This document shows, one piece after another, positions 33,299-46,392 of a stretch of 64,000 nt of DNA. Below the pieces are notes generated by a model, which was not told the DNA's origin, made no database searches, and worked only from the letters and a program-made list of their open reading frames with translations. Within the stretch, counting starts at the first letter, position 1. Each line of letters starts with the position of its first letter. The position numbers were made by a program, and so were the translations under genes. Source of the DNA: Sphaerodactylus townsendi (Eukaryota); the NCBI RefSeq assembly GCF_021028975.2, contig NC_059430.1, forward strand, positions 3,906,001-3,970,000. Reading direction: 5' to 3'.

Positions 33299-34948
33299 AA
33301 AATAGGCAAAGACCCTAACTGTTGTCCTTNNNNNNNNNNNNNNNNNNNNNNNNNNNNNNNNNNNNNNNNNNNNNNNNNNNNNNNNNNNNNNNNNNNNNNN
33401 NNNNNNNNNNNNNNNNNNNNNNNNNNNNNNNNNNNNNNNNNNNNNNNNNNNNNNNNNNNNNNNNNNNNNNNNNNNTATCTGGTAACCATTCTGCTCTACT
33501 GAAAAAAACCCTGAAATTTGAACATACCTGTACTTCAGGAAGGCTCACCTGGATTGGCTGCTGCCAGCCAAGGGACGCTAGAAGCCACCTCTTTACCTGC
33601 ATGCAGGTTGAAGGTTTTGCCCAGCCCCTGCAAATGCGCTGCCCCCCCAAAGTTGCTCACCTTTGCACGTGGAATGACAGGTCAAGGCTGGGTCCCTCCT
33701 TCTCTCCCTCAAGTCCTTCCATTAGTGTCCATCCTTGTCTGCAAGATGAGAACTGCTTTTCAGGCGGTTTGGGCATGGAATCTATGCTAGATCTTGGAAG
33801 CCTCTCTCCGCCTCCCGCATAAAGTCTCTGATGCCCTCAAGCAGACAGAGGTACACAAACGTAATGGCATAATCCTATTCTTGTGGGCCTTGGGGATGCT
33901 CCTGGATTGGAAGCCCTCAGGGAGTGAAGAGCTCTAGCTAGAAGCTCAGAGAATTGGGACTGTTTGTCTCTCATGACATCAGGAGAGATAAGTATTATTT
34001 ATACCCAAAGGGTGTCCAGAACATATCAACATGCAGGGGGCTGCCATGGGGGCTGTGTCCTGAGCTTTCTCCCTAAGGATACCTACCTCTAGGTGAGGCC
34101 TGGGAGTTCCCTGGAATTTCAACTCATTTCTAGGATACAGTTATCAGCTCCTCCAGAAAAAAATGGATGCTTAAGGATGTGGACTCTGTTATTATGTAAA
34201 ATATTATTTTAATTATTGAAAAACATAAAACAGTTGTTAATTCAGAGATCAGCTCCCACCGAGAAAATGGACGTTTACAGGGGTGGACTCTGTGGTATAG
34301 TGTCCCACTGAGGTCCCTGCCCTGTCCAAGCTCCATCTCAACATTTCCAGGAGGTTCTCAATGTGGCAACCCCCCCATCCCCCACCAATGCCCAAAAAGT
34401 GCTTGGCAGTACCGTGTCTCCCCCAGGCTCCGGCTTGCCCAGAATTCCTGTTTTGTGTCATTGGGTGGGTCCTAACAAAAGGGTGTGGGTTGAGTGCTCA
34501 GCTTCTGAATTGCTGTTGCCAACTCAGCTGCTCACAAGCATCCAGACCTGCAAGTAGAGCCCCCCATGAGGAGGTCTGCAGAGGATGCGCCGTTCTTTCT
34601 AGCCCTTCTTGCATGGCAGCCACATGAGAAGATGGGTACCTTTCCTCTTGTGTCGCTCCTGCCCCTGAATATGTGGCATTTCAACAGACAGAACAGCTTT
34701 TCCCTTTCACTCCCCTTTCCGCAGGGTGGTTTTTGTTGGAAGGAATGAGCAGGGAAACGCCTGGCAGCAAAGCAAAATTAAATTTGTGCTTTAAGTGGTC
34801 TCGCTTGTGCAGGGAGATTAGAGAGTGAAAGTGGAGCTTGAGGAAATATGTCCACGCAAGAAACTTTGCTGCAACAGAGATTTCCTTCCATCATGCAGCA
34901 AATTGGTCAATGTAACTAACGATCTTTCATGTTTTCTGTAAGAGGATC

Positions 34949-35688
34949 TGTCCTGCGCCTTGGGCGGGGTCCCCGCTGGGACCCCTGTTGCCAACCCGCC
35001 TTCCCCTGCCCGGATGCTGGAATTTCCAGCCTCACTCCCGTTGTCCGGGGAGTGGACTAAGTGGGACAGCCGCTTTAGCCACAGCTTGAGCCGGCTGCCC
35101 ACAGCTGACCCAGGGCGCGCAGGAAGGGTGGGAGGGGGAGTGGGGAAGTTCCCCTGCCAGCCGCTGGACTGCTGGCTGCTTCTCCCCTCTCAGCTCCTGC
35201 CCCCTTTAACCAACCACCAACTCCCCCCTTCTCCAAGTCCTTCCTCCCTAATGTCCTGTCGTCTCCTGCCCCAGGACTTTCCCACTGTTGCCTCCCTTGT
35301 CCCTTCACGCTTTCTCCTTCTCCTTTCCACACACCCACGTGCACCCTCCTTCCCTCCTCCTTCTCTGCTCTCTCCCCCCGGTCATTCCTCCTCTTCCCCC
35401 TTTTATCCCTTCTGCCGCCTGCCTGCCGGATAAACACCCCGCCCCCACACTCAGCCCAACAGGGCTCAGCTGGCCCTGCTTGGCCGGCTCGGCCCCATCG
35501 GTGCGGCGCTCCCTGGGGCTGAGGCTCCCGTCCGCCTCCCCAGCTGGCGAGAGCCCCGGGGAACGCTCCCGTCCCCCATCGCCATGGCGACCGGCCCCGG
35601 AGCGCTCCCGTGCCTCACCAGCCGCGCGAGGCGTGGGGGGAGAGCGCGAGTCCAGGGAGTGGGTGGGGGCTTCCCCCGCTCCCAGACA
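34949..35688. mobile_element. GC-rich solo LTR (740 bp)
   Basis: TGTC...GACA termini; 5-bp TSD GGATC at 34944-34948 and 35689-35693; empty site near 18600. Confidence 0.75.
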
Positions 35689-36905
35689 GGATCTAAAGTC
35701 CCTTTCGCACATGCAGAACAATGCACTTTCAATCCACTTTCACAATTGTTTGCAAGTGGATTTTGCTGTTTTGCACAGTAAAATCCAACTGCAAAGTGCA
35801 CTGAAAGTGGATTAAAAAGTGCATTTTTCTGCATGTGTGGAAGGGACCTCAGAATATACAGGATCTAACTAAATGCACTTATTCACTGAACTGTTTGTTT
35901 TGTTTTAGAATATAGACTTACTATTTTAAGCCTACTCGGGATCTGCCCGACTGGATTCCGGCTGGCCTTAGATTGTACCAAGTTCATATAGGAACAGGAT
36001 TTTTCTTATACCTTATTACAAATGCAATACATTTGTAGTTTTTCAATGGTAGAACATCTTGAGTTGTGGTTCTCTCGTTGAATGCCTTGAGTTACGCTCC
36101 TGAGATTGTGTGTTAAGCTACGTTTTCCTGAGGAGCAGCTTCATTAGGCAGATGTAACAGGAACAGGCAAGAGGCACTTCGTACTTTGGGGCACTTCATG
36201 GACTAGCAAGATTTTATTACGGCATAAGCCATTTCATGTCCCTTTACTGAGAGGTGCTTAGGACGGGGGTATCAACAAATGATATGTACAAGTTATGTCC
36301 TGCTGTCCTCTGTGGATATGTTTTTGCATTCCTTTACTTCTTTGCCTCTCTTGTTTTCTTAATTCTTGACTTTGGCTTATTCTGTTGTGTGTTACTCGCA
36401 TTTCTGTACATTGTTCCTTTTGCTTCACTTAACTATTGACTCTGCGACCATTCTTACACTTTTGGTCTCCTTCACATGGAGTGAACCTTCCCTTCGGATG
36501 GGATTCTCGTTTACACACGCTTTCCTCCAGTGGTGGGATTCAGCCGGTTCGCACCACTTTGGCAGAACCGGTTGTTAAAATGGTGCTTGGAAACAACCAG
36601 TTGTTAAATTCTTTGAATCCCACCACTGCTTTCCTCCCTTTTCACAATTCACTCTGCTCTCATACTGGGGAATCTCCATGGCATCTGAAACGAGGAAAAG
36701 TGTGATTTTCCCCCTTCCCCCTCAGAGGGAAATCAAAGGGAATCAGCATGTGGTTTGCTTTCTTTGGGTTTTATTTGGTCCCCCACCCCACCCCTATCCT
36801 CCCCAATGTGGGTTTTCCGAGCAGCATTTCCGAGCAATTGGATGGGCTTCCTTAAAAAAAAAATTAAACACCTGGATCTATTGTTGAGTAATAGACCCTT
36901 TAAAG

Positions 36906-37166
36906 CAGGGGTCTGCAACCTGCGGCTCTCCAGATGTTCATGAACTACAATTCCCATCAATTCCCATGAACTACAATTCCCTACAATTTTTTTTAAGGAG
37001 GCCCATCCAATTGCTCTGAAATGCTGTCCTAGAGCAGTGGTGGTGAACCTTTGGCACTCCAGATGTTATGGACTACAATTCCCATCAGCCCCTGCCAGCA
37101 TGGCCAATTGGCTGACGGGAATTGTAGTTCATGAACATCTGAAGAGCCGCAGGTTGCACACCCCTG
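36906..37166. mobile_element. Rearranged hAT-type MITE
   Basis: TIR CAGGGGT(C/G)TGCAACCTGCGGCTCT; 8-bp TSD CTTTAAA(G/C). Confidence 0.8.
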
Positions 37167-37516
37167 CTTTAAACTGACATGAGATTTTAGTCAAGCAAAG
37201 TAACACTAGATCACAGATGCTTCCCCCCCAAAATACAACAGGAAAGACCAAGGAAGCAGCAGGCGAGCAAAATGGTGGCTCAGCTTGGGGACACTTCAGA
37301 GCAACAGGACTCCTGTTTATAGAAAAAATCGTGGAGAAAACCCACTGCGAAGCAGAAAGCCCCACGGGAAGCAGTAGCTGCATAAACGACTTCATTCCTT
37401 ACACTATGTCCCTCTACAGCAAAATAAACATCTTCATTCTTTACACTATGTCCCGCTACAGCAAAAAAAAAAAACCATTTAACAATAGAGTTCACACAAT
37501 TGTGCAGCAACTTCCC

Positions 37517-38491
37517 CTAGCTTATAGAGTGGTGATGCTTAGACTTCCTCCAGCTTTCTGCTGCCTTCTTGAGGGCCCCCTTCACCTCCTTGTTTCGGAG
37601 GCTGTAGATGAGGGGGTTCAACATCGGGGTGATTACGCAGAACATGATGGAAACCAAAGTGCCCGTCGCCACTGAGTAACCACCACTTGGCCCCTGATAG
37701 TTCAAGATCCCATTTCCATAGTAAATGAAGACAACCGTGAGGTGAGACGCACAAGTGGAAAAGGCTTTGCGTTTGCCAGTAGTGGACTGAATCTTCAAGA
37801 TGGAGAACAGGATGAAGACATATGAGAAAATGATGAACACGAAGGGCCCCCCAGACACAAAAACTCCTGCCATGTGGTCTGCCACTTCATTGATGTGTGT
37901 GTCGCTGCAAGCCATTTTCATCAGTGGAGGGAGATCGCAGAAGATGTGATGAATCTGGTTGATTCCACAGAAGTCCAGCCTGGTGCTTAGAGCCGTGTGC
38001 AGAGCAGAGTTTAAGAAGCCCCAGAACCAAGTGGCAAAGGCCAGTACGGTGCACACCTTGGTGTTCACGAGGCGGGAGTAATGCAGAGGTTTACAGATGG
38101 CGGCGTAGCGGTCGTAGGCCATGACAGCCAGCAGTGCAGCCTCTGCCCCTGTGAAAGTCATCAGGAAGAACATCTGGGCCATGCACTGGTTGTAGGAGAT
38201 GGTCTGTTGTTGGAGCAGGAGGTTCACCATGATCTTAGGGACGGTGACAGAGGAGAGGCAAATATCTAAGCAGGAGAGGTGGCTGAGGAAATAATACATG
38301 GGGGTGTGGAGGCTGGATTTCAGTTGAATCATAGTAAATATCATCAGGTTCCCCAGTACAGTGACCAAGTAGATGGCCAAGAATGCCAAGGCGAGATAAC
38401 TTTGACCATACAAAATGCCAGAGAACCCCAGGAGGACAAATTCCACCACCTGCGTCTGATTCCTGATTCCCAGGGAGAGCTCAAAACTCAT
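37517..38491 (-). CDS. Olfactory receptor (class II), intact, 324 aa (OR3)
   Basis: LHTPMYYFL, MAYDRYAAICKPLHY, KAFSTCASHL, PMLNPLIYSLRN. Confidence 0.97.
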   Translation of the reverse strand: MSFELSLGIRNQTQVVEFVLLGFSGILYGQSYLALAFLAIYLVTVLGNLMIFTMIQLKSSLHTPMYYFLSHLSCLDICLSSVTVPKIMVNLLLQQQTISYNQCMAQMFFLMTFTGAEAALLAVMAYDRYAAICKPLHYSRLVNTKVCTVLAFATWFWGFLNSALHTALSTRLDFCGINQIHHIFCDLPPLMKMACSDTHINEVADHMAGVFVSGGPFVFIIFSYVFILFSILKIQSTTGKRKAFSTCASHLTVVFIYYGNGILNYQGPSGGYSVATGTLVSIMFCVITPMLNPLIYSLRNKEVKGALKKAAESWRKSKHHHSIS

Positions 38492-41350
38492 CTGTAAAGG
38501 GAAAATAATTGAACAAGAGAGAAGAATTCAAGAAGGACATTGACAATCTGGAGCAGGTGCAGAGGAGGGCGGCCCAAATGGTATAAGGTCAAAAATCAAC
38601 ATCCTTTTCAGAGAGATTTAAGGAGCTGGGTATGTTTCACTTGGGAAAGAGAAGGTTAAATGGTGACCTGATAGCCGTGTTTAAATATTGAAAGGGATGT
38701 CATGTTGAAGAGGGAGCAAGCTTGTTTTCTGCTGCTCCAGGGAGTAGGACCAGGAGTCATGGATACAAAATATAACAAAAGAGATGACACCTAAACAGTA
38801 GGAAGAACTCCTTGACTGTCAGGGCTATTGGACAGTGGAATCCACTGCCTCGGAGTGTGGTGGAGTCTCTTTTGGAGGTTTTTAAACAAAGGCTGACTGG
38901 CCATATGTAGGGAGTGCTTGATTATGTGTTCTTGCTTGGCAGGGGGTTGGATTGGATGACCTTAGTGGTCTCTTCCATACCTTGCATGAGAAGTGAATTT
39001 GGGATACTACCAAGCAGTCTGAAACTCACTGAAGCCATGTGGAAGAAGTGGGGTTCATGTATGAGTGCCCCATGTGGATCTTGGCTGTGTTACCTTTTTT
39101 AGGGTCTCTCTCCTCCTTGCTCAACTGAAACTGGTCTCTCCAGCATCCCAGGTGATCATCTCAGTGCCAAAGGGGCAGGGTCTCTTCTCTGACCTCCACT
39201 CCCTGGATCTGTCTGCTGCCTTTTATACATCTGATCTCTCCCTTGCTTCTTGAGTACAGTTTTCTTGACTCTTTGCTCAGTTGGGTCTCTGTGTTATAAT
39301 TGGCCAGGCTCTCTTAGAATGAGTGGGGGGTGTGTGTGTGGGAAGGTGTATGCTGTGAGGGTTTTTGTTTGTTTGTGGGCTATTTCAGGTCTTCTGTCCG
39401 TGTCCCTTTCAGTGCTTTCATTGTATTCTAGTCTACATGAGTTATTCAAAGCCCGGCCCTTTCCTCACAAATCTCCTAAAACATTCATAGAATGTTTACA
39501 ATCCGCCATTTTGTTCCTGCTCACTCCCTTGAAATGATTCCTGACTGCCATTGTGTAGTTTTTTCGAGTTCTGTGTTGAATCCATGCTTCCGTGCTTCAC
39601 AGCCTGAGCCTTTTCTGCGTTCTCACATAGCTGATCCTTTGAAGACCCTAATCCTCCCAAAAATAAAGCAACAAAGAGAGAACTGCTGCAAATAAATAGG
39701 TGAGGGGGAACTGAGCGAGCTCAGAAAATGGCGCCAAGGAGGAAGCAGAGAAGCGTGGGAAACACAGCCAATAGATCACACAGCAACTGAAGATGTTTTC
39801 AGAATGTTTCAGCCAGAGAATTGTTTTACTGTGAAACTGTCAATCTGAGTTCCGTGGAAGAATGATGGGATCAAATGTCAGGCTCGGAGAAGAAGGTTGG
39901 CCCCGGTTCACCCTCCAGACCTTATGTCTGACTATCTGGATTCAGGAATCCCAGGTCATCCCAAAGGAGTCACCTCCCTCCCTCTCTCCCATCCACAGGA
40001 AACCTAAACAGTATCCCTGCATCTGTTGATGTTCATTTCCTGCACCTCCCTTTTTCCTTTTCTCACCTTCCCCAGTGCTGATGTGTTGATTGAGATTATC
40101 CTTGTAATAGGATTCGATGGTGGTGAGTTCTGCTTACTTTACTTTGGAAAGCACAAGAGCACTATCAGCTATTATAAGCAAATCACTGTGTATCATTGTG
40201 ATTTTATTCAAACTGTTCTGATTGCATCGAGTCAAGCTGCCAAACTGGAAAAGACACTCACTGCTGTTGTTCTTCATTCTAGGAAAATATATGCAGGCAA
40301 GACTCCAGCCCCCAATCCCCCCCCCCCCCGCAATACTCTGGGAACATCAGGACACATTTTACTTGATTCTTTACAAATCAACATGCGTATTCAGTGAAGG
40401 AAAAATGCCAACTACTGTATGATTTGGAGGATCGTGTTTCCTCGTGGCTAAGGATTCCCTGGGCAACTGACGCCCACCTAACATCCTCCTGTTTAACTTG
40501 AGGGACAGCACAAAAGATTCTTCGGAAAGGTCAGAAGGAATTGAGAATGACCCTTGAATGCCAGGTTGGCTTTCAAATTTTCTTTGTAAATTAAATCAGG
40601 GATTTACACTACTTAAAAAAGGTAACTGATTTAAGCACAAGTTACCCACCTTAGCACATGGATGACAAGTGAAGGCTGAGTCCCACCTTCTCCTCAAGTC
40701 TGTCCATTATTGTTCATCCTGTCCTCAAGATGCGAACAACTTAGCCTCCTGTCTTCAGGAGGTTCGTGCATGGCAGCCCCTAGACATGGAATCTACTCTA
40801 GGTCTTGGAAGCCTCTTCCCTCCTCCAGCGTGACGTCTCCAATGCTCTGGAGCAGCCAGAGGTATTCAAAGCTAATGATGCCCAGAGGGCCCAATCCTGT
40901 TCATGAGCTGAGGGCCTTGGGGATGCTCTTGGATTGGAAGCCCTCAGGGAGTGAGGAGCACTGGTTGGAAGCTCAGAGAATTGGGACGGATTGCATCTGC
41001 TCTAATCACCATGTTTTCTCAAAGAGTTCTCCTAAAACCAAAACATGGATGTGTATTACAGCCAGGAATGGAGTCTAGAATAGACTTATCCTTATTAATG
41101 ATTTTTTAAAAAAATGCCTATAGCCAAAGGTGTGTGACTGACAACGAGAAAATTCTATTACTACTGGAATAAGTTTCCTCTGCAGGGAGTCTAGAATGTG
41201 GAGCCATTGGAGCCCTGAGTGCTGTATTTTTGATGACTAGATCTCAGTAACAATTGTCTATGCAACCTATTGGCAGTTTGAATTTAATCTATAGTGGCTG
41301 AAGAATTCCTTTTAAGGTGCAAGAATTGCCAAAAGGAAGAATCACTCTAA

Positions 41351-41798
41351 GGCCCTTTCCGCTCGGGTGGTAAAAAGTGCCCCAGGGACGCTAAAAACAG
41401 TGTCCCTGGGGAGGGGTTCCAGCAGCGCCAGCCTCGCAACCCCCAAGCGGCACGAAGACACTACTTCCAAACCTCGCTCATTGAGCGAGGTTTTTCGAAA
41501 GCAGCGTCTTTCAAACGCTGCCATGTGAATGGCAGCAGCTGGAAGGCGCATTTCCCCCGCACCGTCCCTGAACACCTACCTCATCTCCTGGCTTCTGACT
41601 CATCGCAGAAGCCAGGGGACACGCCCCCTGGCCTGCGACTGCAGAGCTGTCGCTCCAGCCTGCGGTGGTGTGTCCCCTGGCCTCTGCGACGAGCCAGAGC
41701 CAGGAGACAAGATAGGCATTCAGCGACAGGACCAGGGGGATGCATTGGAATTGTTTATGCCAACACCCCCCACACACTGTTGCGGTGCAGAAAGGGCC
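41351..41798. mobile_element. Harbinger-type 448-bp element (related to 55599-56055)
   Basis: TIRs GGCCCTTTC(C/T)GC; flanks TAA and AAA. Confidence 0.75.
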
Positions 41799-44700
41799 AA
41801 AGATGCATTTCAGAAAGAATATAGATGTTCAAGCATAACGGGACACTTGAAAAACTCTGGATACTTGGAGAGTGAACTCACGATTTGAATACCCTGAAAG
41901 AAACTTCCAATAACCACTCAGGCACTACTGTAATTGTAGTACCAAGAAAGTAATTTACATAATTCCACATCCCTGTAGATATCTGTACATAGGTGCCAGT
42001 AGACTCAGAATTCGTATCAGAATTTCAATATTTAAAAAAATAGTCTTAGATTTTCTAAGTCATTTTACACAAATGGGACACACAATTTTTTTTTCATCTG
42101 GCATTTCCAACCATTATAATTATTCAAATACAGATAATATTTTATTACACAAGAAGCCAGATTTATTCATTTACTTGACACTGTTTGTCCACGTGGACTC
42201 AATACAACTAATGATCTTTCATGTTTTCTGTAAAAGGGATCTAAGAAAATACAGGATTTAACTAAATGCACTTATCCACTGAACTGCTAATTATTTTTTA
42301 TGGGATATAGACATACTATTGTGCTTAAGTATACTCAGGATCGGCTCAACTGATATATAAGGAATAGGATTTCTCATATACCTGTTTGAAACGGAGTACA
42401 TTTGTAGTTTTTCAACTGTATAACTTCTTGAGATGCGATTCTCTCATTGAATGCCTTCAGTTATGGTGTGGTGTTTGAAGGATGTTTTGTGTACTGCATG
42501 TACAGCAGAGGCGAAGCTACCAGGGGACTGGGGGTGTGTGCGTTGCACCGACAAAAATTGCAGGTTCGTTTGTGTGTGGGGGGGGGGTAGCAATTTTTCA
42601 GTGTTTTTTCAGTTTCTGGCTTGCCGGGGATGCAGATTTTAGGCTAGCAGTACCAAAATTTCAGAGATTTTTTTGGAGACTCTCCTGATGATACCACCCA
42701 AGTTAGGTGAGGTGTGGTTCAGAGAGTCCAAAGTTATGCACTCCCAAAGGGGGTGCCCCATCCCCCATTGTTTCCAATGGGAGCTAATAGGAGATTGAGG
42801 CTACACATTTGAGGGTCCATAACTTTCGACAACCTAAACCAAACTTCACCAAACCTAGATGGTATCATCAGGAGAGTCTCCTAAAGATACCCTGAAATTT
42901 AGGTGCAGCTAGCTTAACAATTGCATGCCTGACAGCAGGCACCCTCCAAATTTCCCCAGATTCTTCGGCATTGATTTAAAGGGAGAATCTGAGGTCCCCA
43001 TTTTAAACATTGAAAGTGATGCTGTTTCAGGGTGCGGGAAAATCCACCCCAAAACACCATCACTTTCAATGTTGTTTTAACTGGGGACCCCAGATCCTCC
43101 CTTTAAGGTGGATTTAAAAGGAGAATCTGGGCTCCCTAGCTTAAACACCATTGAAGTGATGCTGTTTTTTTGGGGGGGGCAAGCACAAAACTCAGATTTT
43201 GCACCAGGCTCCATTTTCCCTAGCTACGCCTCTGATGTACAGATGTTTTGCATTTTGTTTATTGTTTCTTCATTATGGTAAGTCTCTAATTAAGCTTTAT
43301 TCCCAGCATTGTAAAATTCTGATATTCATTTTAATGATCTTTTTTGGAGACCAAGATGGATGAAATCTGAATGAAACTGGGCTTTACCAGAACCTCCTCT
43401 CTTGCATGTTTCTTGCATGTCAGCTTCACCAAAATCTAAAGCCCAGTTGTTTTACAGATTTCTCATTGTGACTGAAACCTTTTACCAAGGAGTAAAAACA
43501 GTGTTACTCATCTAGTGTAGTCAGTGTTCTTCATCTAGTGGTCCTCTGTGCAGTCCTACGTGGAACTACATTGAGCAGGCCAGCTGCGGAACTTTTTTGC
43601 TAGCAATTTAAACTTTAGGTCGCTTATCGGGTATTCCTCTCTCCTACTCACAGCCTGGACTAGCCCAGGCCCCACCTAGGTCATGTGACTGGAGAGGAGG
43701 GGCGCTCCCTTCCATTTCCCCCTTTTCCCTGTGAGCTCCAGCCCACCAACTTTTAGTGCTCCTCCTTGTGTCAACCCCTCCCCCCGGTTCTTGCCATGCT
43801 CATCCAGGGGACTCCAGGAGACTGTAGCATCAAAGAATCCCTGGCTTTTGCTTATGCTTTGTTTATAGTCAGGTAGTGATGGATTGTTCCAGTCTAGCCA
43901 GACAGCACTTGTTCCTGATCTGGGCTCTTGCCTTGGAACCCAGTTGCATAACCTGAGAATGCTTTAACTTTTGGGGAAGACCATTAGGGGAGGGGGAATA
44001 TAGACTGCTGCTTTGTGTGTGATTTTTAAATTCAGCAAAGATCTTCTGAAGATGCCAGCCACAGATGCAGGCAAAAATGCTACAAGAACATGGCCATACA
44101 GCCTGGAAACCATAGAACACCCCACTAACAAGAATCTTTGTTGGAAGTGCCATAGAAAAGTAGATACCTTTTCCCTCCACTGATGGAACTGTGGGAAAGC
44201 AAAGAAATTCTGGAATGGGATTCACGAAGAAATTTCTTTTTTAGTAGTCTTTTTTGGATCAGTAGATAAAGAAGTCAGAATATTATTTAGATAGTTATCA
44301 ATTGCAGCAAGACTCATATGGAGGCCAAGAAATGGAATACCCACAATGTATGAAATATAAGGTTATAGAATTAGCCAAGCCTGCAAAATTAACCAGTTAT
44401 ATTGAGGATAAATGCATAACAGACTTTAAGAGAGAATGTTCTGTTCTACTCTGTGGACATTTCTTTTGCATTTTTTTTACTCCTTTGCCTTCTAATTTGT
44501 TAATTCTGGGTTTTGATTTATTCTGTCATGTGTCGATCACATTTCCATACCTTGCTCCTTTTGTTCCATTTGACACTTGAATCTGTGAACATTTATCCAC
44601 TTTTGGTCTCCTTCAAATTCAGTGAACCTTCCCTTTGGACTGGATCATCAATCTACAAAATTTCCCCCCTTCCCACAATTTCTCTGCGCTGTCATATTAG

Positions 44701-45242
44701 AGAAACTCCACAGTATCTGAAAAGTGTGACTTTCCCCTTTTCCTTGCAGGGAAAGTGAAGGGAATCAGCCCACAATTTGCTTTCTTTGGGTTTATTCGCT
44801 CCTGCCCTTCCCCCATCTTTCCCCAAGTGGTTTTTCCCACTCTCTGGGCCAGCCTTTTGGAGCAATTAGATGGGCCTTCTTTAACAAAATTTAAACACCT
44901 TGATCTATTGCTTGAGCAATGGCCCCCTGAAAGTGACATGAGATGTATAGTCTAGCAAAGGAATATTCGATCACAGATGCTTCCCCCCCCCCAATGCACA
45001 GGAATGACCAAGAAAGCGGTGGATGAGCAAAATAGTGGCTCAGCTGGGAACATGTCAGAGTAGGAGAATTCCTGTTTAAACAAAAAAGCATAGAGAAAAA
45101 CCACTGCAAAATAAACAGCCGCACAGGAAGCAGTTGGCGCATCAATGGCTTATGACTTCCTTACTACTTTACTATGTCCCAATACAGCAAAACCAAAATC
45201 CAGTTAATCGCAGAGTTCACACAGTTCTGGGAAAAACTTGCC

Positions 45243-46199
45243 CTAACTTTGAGAGTGGTGGTGTCCAGATGGCCTCCAGCTTTCCACCGCCTTCTTCAGG
45301 GCCCCCTTCACTTCTTTGTTGCGGAGGCTGTAGATGATGGGGTTCAGAACTGGGGTGATGACGCAGAACATGACGGAGACCAAAATGCCAGTTGCCAAGG
45401 AGTAGCCAGCACTTGGACCCTGATAGTTCAGTAGTGCGTTTCCATAATAAATGAAAACTACAGTGAGGTGAGACGCACAAGTGGAAAAGGCTTTGCGTTT
45501 GCCAATAGTGGAACGAAACTTCAAGATGGAGGACAGGATGAAGACATATGAGAAAACAATGAACACAAATGGCCCCCCACCCACAAAAACTCCTCCCATG
45601 TGGTCTGCCACTTCATTGATGTGTACATCATTGCAAGCCATTTTCATCAGTGGAGGGAGATCGCAGAAGATGTGATGAATCTGGTTGACTCCACAGAAGT
45701 CCAACCTGGTGCTTAGAGCTGTCTGTAGAACGGAGTCTAGAAAACCCCAGACCCAAGCGGCAAAGGCCAGTACGGTGCACACCTTGGTGTTCATGAGGCG
45801 GGAGTAATGCAGAGGTTTACAGATGGCGGCATAGCGGTCGTAGGCCATGACAGCCAAAAGAGCACCCTCCGCCCCCGTGAAAGAGACAAGGAAGAACATC
45901 TGGGCCATGCACTCGTTGTAGGAGATGGTCTGTTGCTGGCGCAAGAAGTTCACCAGAATTTGTGGGACGGTGACAGAGGAGATGCAAATATCTAAGCAGG
46001 AGAGGTGGCTGAGGAAATAATACATGGGGGTGTGGAGACTTGAGTCCAGCTGAATCATAATACATATCGTGAGGTTCCCCAGCACAGTGACCAAGTAGAT
46101 GGCTAAAAATGGCAAGAAGAGGTAGATGTAGCCATTCGGAATGCCTGAGAAACCCAGGAGGACAAATTCCACCACTTGTGTTTGATTCTTGATTCCCAT
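45243..46199 (-). CDS. Olfactory receptor (class II), intact, 318 aa from the first ATG (OR4)
   Basis: All canonical OR motifs; the ORF-track start at 46217 is GTG, the first ATG (MGIKNQT) is at 46199. Confidence 0.96.
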   Translation of the reverse strand: MGIKNQTQVVEFVLLGFSGIPNGYIYLFLPFLAIYLVTVLGNLTICIMIQLDSSLHTPMYYFLSHLSCLDICISSVTVPQILVNFLRQQQTISYNECMAQMFFLVSFTGAEGALLAVMAYDRYAAICKPLHYSRLMNTKVCTVLAFAAWVWGFLDSVLQTALSTRLDFCGVNQIHHIFCDLPPLMKMACNDVHINEVADHMGGVFVGGGPFVFIVFSYVFILSSILKFRSTIGKRKAFSTCASHLTVVFIYYGNALLNYQGPSAGYSLATGILVSVMFCVITPVLNPIIYSLRNKEVKGALKKAVESWRPSGHHHSQS

Positions 46200-46244
46200 T
46201 GAGAGCTGAGAACTCACCTGTAAGGGGAAAATAATCGACTAAGA

Positions 46245-46392
46245 CAGGGGTAGGGAACCTGCGGCTCTCCAGATGTTCAGGAACTACAATTCCCATCAGC
46301 CTCTGTCAGCATGGCCAATTGGCCATGCTGGTAGGGGCTGATGGGAATTGTAGTTCCTGATCATCTGGAGAGCCGCAGGTTCCCTACCCCTG
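46245..46392. mobile_element. hAT-type palindromic MITE just upstream of the OR4 splice acceptor
   Basis: TIR CAGGGGTAGGGAACC; GACTAAGA duplicated at 46237-46244 and 46398-46405. Confidence 0.85.

Larger units (their letters stand above)
18587..34900. repeat. Segmental duplication unit A (OR1 and OR2)
   Basis: Collinear with 34910-54047, e.g. 21405-21657 vs 35925-36177, 26120-28560 vs 41800-44340, 33480-34757 vs 51740-54047. Confidence 0.9.
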
